Positions 58,381 through 64,000 of a stretch of DNA of 64,000 nucleotides are shown here, one piece after another. Below the pieces are notes generated by a model. The model saw only the letters and a list, made by a program, of their open reading frames with translations, searched no databases and was not told the DNA's origin. Positions within the stretch are counted from its first letter, which is position 1, and each line of letters begins with the position of its first letter. The position numbers were made by a program, and so were the translations under genes. This DNA comes from Acidobacteriota bacterium (GTDB lineage: Bacteria; Acidobacteriota; Terriglobia; Terriglobales; Acidobacteriaceae). The stretch is taken from contig JAJXZL010000024.1 of assembly GCA_021780075.1 (NCBI GenBank), positions 3,975-67,974 on the forward strand. The letters run 5' to 3'.

Positions 58381-59625
58381 ATGCATTCTGATCGCTGGGC
58401 GAATTTGCTCGCCGCAAGCGCAGTTTTCCTTCTTTCCGTGTCGTTCCTGCCGGCTCAAACGCTGGCGACAGGCGATGCGCGCAAATTCATTCCTGAACCG
58501 CAATACCCGGCTGTTTGTACCGTCCTTAAAGCACAATTCAGTTCATCCCAGCGGTCAGCCCCGCCGAGCGCCGACGACACGAGTCGCCTGCAAGCAGCAC
58601 TCGCAAATTGCGCGGGCACCGGCAAAATGGTTCTGCTTACGCCCTCGGCTGCGGGAGACGCCTTCTACTCCGGTACGCTCAAAGTCAAAGGTGAAGCGCT
58701 CGTGGTTGGCGCTGGCGCGACACTGTTTGGCAATAACAATTATTCCGGGGAGTTGCTGAGCATCTCCGGCAACAATCCGGCCGTCATGGGCCCGGGCACC
58801 ATCGATGGCCGTGGTGACTTGATCCACGGCACGCCTCGCCTGATCAATTCAAAGGGTGCGATCGGCCTGACGGTGTATTACGTGACACTGATGCATGCGG
58901 CAAAGATGCACCTCTACGTGGAAGGAGGCAGTGACTTTACCGCGTGGAGGGTGACCGTGGCCACGCCCGCCAATACCAAGAACACTGACGGAATCGATAT
59001 CGATAGCGTAACCAACGCGACAGTATTCAATTGTTCCCTGGAGGACGGCGATGATGGCGTGGCAATCAAAACCAACTCCGGGCCTGCCTCGAACATCACC
59101 ATTCGCAATAACATGTTTTACGGGACACATGGCATCTCGATCGGCAGCCAGACGATGTATGGCGTAAGCAATGTTCTATGGGAAAACAACCAGTTGTACG
59201 GCACCGACAAGTTCGGTAATGTCTCGACCGACAGCAACGGCATCAACATCAAGTCTGATATTGAGTGTGGCGGCATGGTCAGGCAGGTCACCTATCGGCA
59301 GACACATCTCGTCGGCGTGAAGCACCTGCTGATCTTCAATACCTACTACGGAAGCTGCTCGGGGCACACCGGCATTCCCACGTATCAGGACATTGTGGTG
59401 GACGGCGTGTTTGCAACCGACTCGCAGGCTGGCGCGTATTCGCTGTTCCAGGGGTACAATGACGCCAATCCGCTCAACATTTATCTCGCCAACGTCTTCC
59501 TGGACGTGAACAAGCTGAAGACTAGCCAATACTCCATCATCGGAATCGACAACTCCAGCATCACTCCGTCCGGCACTGGGGTCACAACGTTTCCCTTCAA
59601 ACTGTACGGGAAGCTGCCGCAATAG
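58381..59625 (+). CDS. Glycoside hydrolase family 28 (polygalacturonase-like, right-handed beta-helix), secreted
   Basis: Signal peptide LLAASAVFLLSVSFLPAQT. GH28 motifs NTDGIDID, EDGDDGVAIKT, GTHGISIGSQ, GINIKS. Confidence 0.88.
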   Translation: MHSDRWANLLAASAVFLLSVSFLPAQTLATGDARKFIPEPQYPAVCTVLKAQFSSSQRSAPPSADDTSRLQAALANCAGTGKMVLLTPSAAGDAFYSGTLKVKGEALVVGAGATLFGNNNYSGELLSISGNNPAVMGPGTIDGRGDLIHGTPRLINSKGAIGLTVYYVTLMHAAKMHLYVEGGSDFTAWRVTVATPANTKNTDGIDIDSVTNATVFNCSLEDGDDGVAIKTNSGPASNITIRNNMFYGTHGISIGSQTMYGVSNVLWENNQLYGTDKFGNVSTDSNGINIKSDIECGGMVRQVTYRQTHLVGVKHLLIFNTYYGSCSGHTGIPTYQDIVVDGVFATDSQAGAYSLFQGYNDANPLNIYLANVFLDVNKLKTSQYSIIGIDNSSITPSGTGVTTFPFKLYGKLPQ

Positions 59626-59648
59626 GGTTGCAGACACCAGCTCAGGAA

Positions 59649-59761
59649 ATGCGCCATTGATGTGCCGGCTTCGGCGGCTTCAAGGCAGGCGATATCATCG
59701 AAGCCATCTCTACGGAGAAGATGGCCGCGACCTCGGCGCGCTGGCCTCTGCCAATGCCTAA
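59649..59761 (+). pseudogene. infB: Relic of an infB 3' end (frameshifted, diverged copy of infB codons ~1045-1082)
   Basis: 59667-59761 aligns with 57938-58033. My hand count is 76 identities over 96 columns with one 1-nt gap. It reads GFGGFKAGDIIEAISTEKMAA, then after the 1-nt deletion DLGALASANA-stop (TAA 59759-59761). Intact infB reads [31 protein letters not shown]-stop. Confidence 0.8.
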
Positions 59762-59782
59762 CCCTCATCCAGTTCCAGGAAC

Positions 59783-59820
59783 AATCCCGCTGCTCACAAT
59801 GAGTAGCGGGATTCTTTTTT
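59783..59820 (+). terminator. Strong intrinsic terminator (probable original infB terminator)
   Basis: AATCCCGCTGCTC (59783-59795) pairs with GAGTAGCGGGATT (59801-59813), 13 bp including one G-U, with a 5-nt loop, followed by CTTTTTT. Confidence 0.85.
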
Positions 59821-60033
59821 GCCGCTCTCGCAGCACCTTTTCTCCAGTGCGTTACAGGCTATCCCTACCGGACTGAACGAGCCCTTCCTCCGCATTCCCA
59901 TCGCTGCAGCGCGCGAAGGTTTTTTTGTGCGCTTTGATGCGAGCAAGATATTTCCTCATTTCGCCATTGATTCTTAATGTGCTCGCCAATCTGCAATGCA
60001 AGTGCTTAAATATCAATGCCATTCAAATAGCGA

Positions 60034-60062
60034 TTGACAGTCTAGTTTGTATGGGATTAAAT
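60034..60062 (+). promoter_or_regulatory. Possible sigma-70-like promoter in an AT-richer spacer
   Basis: TTGACA (60034-60039), a 17-nt spacer, and TTAAAT (60057-60062). It lies about 37 nt upstream of the ATG at 60099, which has an AAGGAGGA RBS. Confidence 0.35.
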
Positions 60063-60098
60063 TAGTGATGGTTACTGTCAATGCTAAGGAGGAATTAT

Positions 60099-60494
60099 AT
60101 GCGCCGTATCCACATAGCAAGCGTCCTCATCTTCCCGTTGCTTTGCACCGCAGCGGCTGTCGCAAGCTCGCCCGCGACCGAAGCCGCCGCTGCCTCAACC
60201 GGCGTTCTACGTGTCAGCACCGGCGTGACACCCGCCGAAGTCATCTACGCCCCGCACATCGCGCTTTCCCAGGAGGAAATCGCCGAAGGGTTCCCCAACA
60301 CGGCTGAAATCGTTGTGCACATGAACGTCGACCAGATGGGCAAAGCGCAGGACGTGAAGGTTGTCCACTCGTTTTACCCCACGCTCAATGAAAACGTGGT
60401 GAATGCAGTGCGCCAGTTCCGGTTCCGCCCGGCCAAGCTGGACGATCAGGCCATCCCCATTGACATGAACCTCAATATCCAGGTGAAGCGCTAA
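60099..60494 (+). CDS. Secreted protein consisting of a TonB C-terminal-like domain only
   Basis: Signal peptide MRRIHIASVLIFPLLCTAAAVA. AEIVVHMNVDQMGKAQDVKVVHSFYPTLNENVVNAVRQFRFRPAKLDDQAIPIDMNLNIQV matches the TonB_C/energy-transducer pattern (G..V.V..S....LD.AA..AV..W.F.PA). The strong RBS favours 60099 over the ORF-track start at 60081. Confidence 0.65.
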   Translation: MRRIHIASVLIFPLLCTAAAVASSPATEAAAASTGVLRVSTGVTPAEVIYAPHIALSQEEIAEGFPNTAEIVVHMNVDQMGKAQDVKVVHSFYPTLNENVVNAVRQFRFRPAKLDDQAIPIDMNLNIQVKR

Positions 60495-60530
60495 CGCGCA
60501 AATCAACTGACTTCTGTTTCCAATCTTCCA

Positions 60531-60582
60531 CTCCTCCATCCTCGAGAAAGACCTTCTGTCAGGATGGAGGAGTTTTGTTTTT
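60531..60582 (+). terminator. Intrinsic terminator
   Basis: CTCCTCCATCCT (60531-60542) and AGGATGGAGGAG (60561-60572) form a perfect 12-bp stem, followed by TTTTGTTTTT. Confidence 0.8.
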
Positions 60583-60738
60583 GGCTGCCTGCGTGCGTGA
60601 GCGTTACCGGATCCGCCGGTCCGGTAACGCCAACCTCAACCAAAACATAACGCTCCTCCATAACGAGTAGAAAATCGCCAGCCTCTCAAAACGAGAAGCG
60701 GGCCGATATATTTTTAAACTTCAGTGCGCAAAATCTCT

Positions 60739-60763
60739 GAACACCCCGCATCCATTCTCCGTC
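60739..60763 (+). promoter_or_regulatory. ECF-type promoter candidate (GAAC-N17-CGTC) upstream of the ECF sigma gene
   Basis: tctGAAC (60739-60742), 17 nt, CGTCtta (60760-63). It lies about 55 nt upstream of the sigma-factor ORF start and fits the autoregulated ECF promoter architecture. Confidence 0.5.
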
Positions 60764-60816
60764 TTAGCATATGAACACAAAGTAAAAGTGCCTCACGCCC
60801 CTTAACTTATGCGTGA

Positions 60817-61383
60817 GTGCAACGTCTGGTTGCGGAAACGAGAGATAGCCCGGTCTTGGCCACAGACGAAGAGGTGGAGTTTACGGCACTCGTCCAGCGC
60901 CAGTCGCGCTTCGTCTTTCGTGTCGCCTATGCGGTGCTGCTGAATTCCCGCGATGCCGAAGACGTGGTGCAGGAGACCTTCTTGAAGCTCTATCGCAATC
61001 GCGGATGGCAACACCTCGACAATGAACGCGCCTTTCTGGCCCGCGTTGCATGGCGCATCGCCGTCGACCATCGCCCTCGATCCGTTGCATCCCCGTTGAA
61101 GCCGCTTGATGACGGCATCGAGATCGAGCCGCGCTCGAGCGAGCCTGGCCCCGAGCAAATCACGCTGGCTGCAAATCGGGAGGCCGTGATTCACTCCCTG
61201 ATCGACGCTTTGCCTGAGGAACTGCGTGTGCCCCTTGTGCTTTCCGCGTTCGACGAAATGAACTCACGTGAGATTGGCAACATTCTGGCCATTCCTGAAG
61301 GTACGGTGCGAACACGCCTGCAGCGGGCGCGCCAGATACTGCGCCAGAAACTAACGGCTCTTGAGGCAATACGCTATGCCTGA
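60817..61383 (+). CDS. RNA polymerase sigma-70 family, ECF subfamily
   Basis: Region 2: FVFRVAYAVLLNSRDAEDVVQETFLKLYRN. Region 4: LPEELRVPLVLSAFDEMNSREIGNILAIPEGTVRTRLQRARQIL. GTG start as in the ORF track; a later TTG or GTG is possible. Confidence 0.9.
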   Translation: MQRLVAETRDSPVLATDEEVEFTALVQRQSRFVFRVAYAVLLNSRDAEDVVQETFLKLYRNRGWQHLDNERAFLARVAWRIAVDHRPRSVASPLKPLDDGIEIEPRSSEPGPEQITLAANREAVIHSLIDALPEELRVPLVLSAFDEMNSREIGNILAIPEGTVRTRLQRARQILRQKLTALEAIRYA

Positions 61384-61948
61384 ACGCGATGATCTCAATT
61401 CAATGCTTGACTTGGCCCTGATGACTTATGGCGATCCCGGTCCGGACTCGGGCCTTGAGCAGCGCGTACTGGCCCGCGTGGCCGCGGAAGCTGCATCCTC
61501 GCCGCTCCGCCGCTGGCTACCCTGGGCCATCGCGCTTCCCGTTGCGGCCTGCCTGTTGATCTTTGTGATATCAAGGCCGAAGATCAGCCACTCGCCAGAT
61601 ACCCATTCCACCGGAGTCACCCAGGCCTCTGAGCCGGCAGCAGCCCGCCCTGTACCCCAACCGGCACTCCAACCCGCGCCTGCCCGCAGGGGCGAATCGG
61701 CGGCAAGGAAATCGCGACCCCAGTCCGTAGCCATCGCAGCCAAAAGCGTCCCGCTGCCCAAACTTGATGTCTTCCCCACGCCGCAGCCGCTCACGCCTGG
61801 GGAGCAGGCTCTTGTTGCATTCGTCAGGCAAGCCCCAGCGTCTGAGCGTCAGGCGCTTCTGGAGGCGCAAAAAATAAAGGACGAGCCGCTCCGCATCGCC
61901 GCCATCCACATTCCACCACTCGAACCGCCCGAACGGGACGGAAACTAA
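61376..61948 (+). CDS. Putative anti-sigma factor (single-pass membrane protein)
   Basis: The ATG at 61376 overlaps the sigma gene stop by 8 nt. There is a short cytoplasmic N-terminus, one TM (WLPWAIALPVAACLLIFVI), and a Pro/Ala-rich periplasmic part. No HxxxCxxC zinc motif. The call rests on position and topology. Confidence 0.5.
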   Translation: MPERDDLNSMLDLALMTYGDPGPDSGLEQRVLARVAAEAASSPLRRWLPWAIALPVAACLLIFVISRPKISHSPDTHSTGVTQASEPAAARPVPQPALQPAPARRGESAARKSRPQSVAIAAKSVPLPKLDVFPTPQPLTPGEQALVAFVRQAPASERQALLEAQKIKDEPLRIAAIHIPPLEPPERDGN

Positions 61949-61957
61949 GGAGAAACC

Positions 61958-62539
61958 ATGCGCAAGATCGCCCTCTACTGCTGCCTACTGCTCGTCGTCC
62001 TGACCGTCGGGCATCAAGCGTTTGCCCAAGAGACCTCCAAAGCCCCAGACGATTCCAATGCCCATAGCCCGTCAAAGGTTCAGGATCTTCCAGTTCACTA
62101 CTACCATCTTTCCTTTCTGATCCAGGAGACCGGAGCAGACGGCAAGCCCACCAATAGCCGCACCTACACAACCACGGTCACCACCGACCCACAAGAGAAT
62201 TTCGGCTCCATCCGCATCGGAGCCAGAATTCCAATCGTTACATCCCCAGCAGGTTCGCAGTTTGCACCGCAATACCAATACGTGGATGTCGGCGTGAACA
62301 TTGACACGCGCCACGCTCAGGAAATCGACCACAAGCTCTCGCTCGGCCTGATTGCGGATGTGAGCAGTATTGCCTCTCCCACGGACCCTGCCCTGCACCA
62401 GCCACCCATCACTCGCCAGAACAAATGGGGGTCTACCGTTCTCATTCCCATCGGCAAGCCCACAGTGGTCTTCACGTCAGACTCTCTTGACAGCAAAGGC
62501 GGCATGCAGGTGCTGGTGACTGCAACGCAGATCGAATAG
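61958..62539 (+). CDS. Hypothetical secreted protein co-transcribed with the ECF pair
   Basis: Signal peptide MRKIALYCCLLLVVLTVGHQAFAQE, and a beta-rich sequence of ordinary composition. It starts 9 nt after the anti-sigma stop. No family recognised. Confidence 0.6.
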   Translation: MRKIALYCCLLLVVLTVGHQAFAQETSKAPDDSNAHSPSKVQDLPVHYYHLSFLIQETGADGKPTNSRTYTTTVTTDPQENFGSIRIGARIPIVTSPAGSQFAPQYQYVDVGVNIDTRHAQEIDHKLSLGLIADVSSIASPTDPALHQPPITRQNKWGSTVLIPIGKPTVVFTSDSLDSKGGMQVLVTATQIE

Positions 62540-62577
62540 AACTGCAGCCATTTCCTCTGCCTGCAGAGACGCGCACA

Positions 62578-62618
62578 GTGCGAAGGCTCAACAAGCCAAC
62601 CTGCTTGAGCCTTCGCAC
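62578..62618. terminator. Perfect 14-bp hairpin between convergent genes (no T-tract)
   Basis: GTGCGAAGGCTCAA (62578-62591) pairs with TTGAGCCTTCGCAC (62605-62618) with a 13-nt loop. Confidence 0.5.
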
Positions 62619-62630
62619 ACAACGGGCCGC

Positions 62631-64000
62631 CTACTCGACGACGCGGAGTTCCTGCTTGCCTGCCACGTCAGGAATCACAACATGCAACGCATGCTGCGTC
62701 GGATCGTAGGTTGTCTTCAACTCCGCGGTTGAGCCAGCCAGCGTCGCCTGGGCCTTTGCGGACGACCATCCGTAGACGACAACCTCGATGCTCTTCCACC
62801 ACGGCGTCCAACTGCCCTCACGCGCACCAAAGTCCAGCGCAACGGTATTGCCATCGGTCTTACACGTGAAGCCCTGCCGCAGGTAGTCGCCCTGCTTGTA
62901 GCGGAAGGTGTGTCCGTCGTCGAGATAGAGCGAGCCCTCGCACTGCGGCCCCGGATAGACGCGCAGTTCCAGCGGCCCGTCAGGCGTTTCGTCCGTGCTT
63001 TGCACCAGCGGCTGCAGCGGGATGATGCTGCCACCGCGCACGTAGACCGGCAGTGTTTCGAGCGTGGGGTGAATCGGGTGCGGCGGCGGAAACTTCGACA
63101 TCGACTCGCCCTTGGCGACGGTGTCTTCACTCTGTGTGGTGTTGGGCTGCTTCGGCTGCAACCCATCCCCGGTCCAGAAGTCGAACCACACGCCGGGCGG
63201 GAAAGAGACTGTGTAGTCGTCCACTGTGTCAGGCAGAGACGCTGGCGCGACGAGCAGATCACGGCCCATCAGGAACTCCGTGTCGGACGCTTCAAAGTAG
63301 TTGGGGAACTCCATGAAGAGCGGACGCACCAGCGGCAGGCCCGTGCGCGAGGCCTCCTCCGCCAGCGTGTAGATGTAGGGCATGAGGCGATAGCGTGTGT
63401 CAATGTAATGACGGCGGATTGCCTCTTGCGCGCGGCCGTGGACCCACACCTCCTGCGGTAGCGAACCGAAGGTGGTGTGGTCGCGGTACATGGGGTTGAA
63501 GGCGCCGAACTCGACCCAGCGCGTCAACAGGTCAGGCTGCGGTGAGCCGTTGAATCCGCCAATGTCGTCACCGACCATGGAGATGCCGCTCATGCCCAGG
63601 TTCAGCAGCATCTGCGTGGAAAGGCGCAGGTGATTCCAGGTGGATGAATTGTCGCCCGTCCAGGTAAACCCGAAGCGCTGGCCACCGGCGTAGGTGGCGC
63701 GCGTGAGCACAAAGGGACGCTCGTCGGGCCGTAGCTTCAGCAGGCCGTCGTAGGTCGCGCGCTCGTTCTCCATGCCGACGATGTTGTGAATCTCCGCATG
63801 GGTGGCAGTGCGCGTTTTGAAGCCCGGCTCGTCGATACGATGCACAGTGTCGAGGGGCATAGTCTTATCGGGCCCGTCGAAGACTGAGGGTTCGTTCATG
63901 TCATTCCAGAAGCCGGCTACGCCGTCCTGTACGAACTGCTTGTAGAGGCCGCCCCACCATTCGCGCGTCTGGGCGCGCGTAAAGTCTGGGAAGACTGCCG
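62631..64000 (-). CDS. Glycoside hydrolase family 31 (alpha-glucosidase-like), C-terminal part; the gene continues beyond the window
   Basis: The reading frame stays open upstream of the ATG at 63899. The window edge reads ...FPDFTRAQTREWWGGLYKQFVQDGVAGFWNDMNEPSVF, containing the GH31 WNDMNEP nucleophile signature. Further on: TWTGDNSSTW, GFNPMYRDH. Confidence 0.9.
   Translation of the reverse strand, partial: AVFPDFTRAQTREWWGGLYKQFVQDGVAGFWNDMNEPSVFDGPDKTMPLDTVHRIDEPGFKTRTATHAEIHNIVGMENERATYDGLLKLRPDERPFVLTRATYAGGQRFGFTWTGDNSSTWNHLRLSTQMLLNLGMSGISMVGDDIGGFNGSPQPDLLTRWVEFGAFNPMYRDHTTFGSLPQEVWVHGRAQEAIRRHYIDTRYRLMPYIYTLAEEASRTGLPLVRPLFMEFPNYFEASDTEFLMGRDLLVAPASLPDTVDDYTVSFPPGVWFDFWTGDGLQPKQPNTTQSEDTVAKGESMSKFPPPHPIHPTLETLPVYVRGGSIIPLQPLVQSTDETPDGPLELRVYPGPQCEGSLYLDDGHTFRYKQGDYLRQGFTCKTDGNTVALDFGAREGSWTPWWKSIEVVVYGWSSAKAQATLAGSTAELKTTYDPTQHALHVVIPDVAGKQELRVVE

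Noticed and set aside
59481-59768. 95-aa minus-strand ORF downstream of GH28
   Set aside because: It covers the GH28 3' end and the infB relic in antisense. No RBS or family resemblance is present. The region is better explained by the plus-strand infB homology.

Overview
This is a high-GC bacterial chromosome segment made up mostly of core housekeeping operons. I found no rRNA, tRNA, CRISPR array, transposase or integrase.

Gene content, left to right:
- 1-13.9 kb: distal S10, spc and alpha ribosomal operons in canonical order (rplV partial, rpsC, rplP, rpmC, rpsQ, rplN, rplX, rplE, rpsN, rpsH, rplF, rplR, rpsE, rpmD, rplO, secY, adk, map, infA, rpmJ, rpsM, rpsK, rpsD, rpoA, rplQ).
- 14-20 kb: a minus-strand block of pyrG, a hypothetical gene, kdsA, guaB and a VanZ-like gene.
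- 20-28 kb: a methyltransferase, an aldo/keto reductase, a CarboxypepD_reg/TonB-dependent-receptor-like outer membrane protein preceded by a small CxxC membrane protein, and a secreted hypothetical.
- 27-38 kb: gltA, an NtrY/NtrX-like two-component pair, ald with a divergent Lrp/AsnC regulator, a membrane-anchored hypothetical and an aldehyde dehydrogenase.
- 38-44 kb: the rod-shape cluster mreB-mreC-mreD-mrdA-rodA.
- 44-52 kb: a large Rne/Rng-family RNase, an outer membrane beta-barrel protein, an M24B aminopeptidase operon and a PLP-dependent decarboxylase.
- 52-58 kb: rimP-nusA-infB.
- 58-64 kb: an accessory-looking right end with a GH28 polygalacturonase-like gene, a TonB-C-domain protein, an ECF sigma / anti-sigma / secreted-protein module and a partial GH31 gene.

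The gene repertoire fits an Acidobacteriota-like organism. That is an inference only.

Most notable observations:
1. A diverged, frameshifted relic of the infB 3' end, with its terminator, lies downstream of the GH28 gene. The GH28 cassette therefore looks like an insertion into the infB terminus.
2. A family of 7-nt-periodic arrays (AGCT / TCAG cores) starts right at stop codons inside essential operons and forms long hairpins. One has a 25-bp stem followed by a T-tract between rpsC and rplP.
3. Two perfect TGTGA-N6-TCACA (CRP-type) palindromes lie upstream of gltA.
4. About 490 aa of charged low-complexity sequence is inserted inside the S1 domain of the RNase E/G homologue.

I saw no obvious multi-gene novel defence-type system. 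Most of the window is ordinary core genome.
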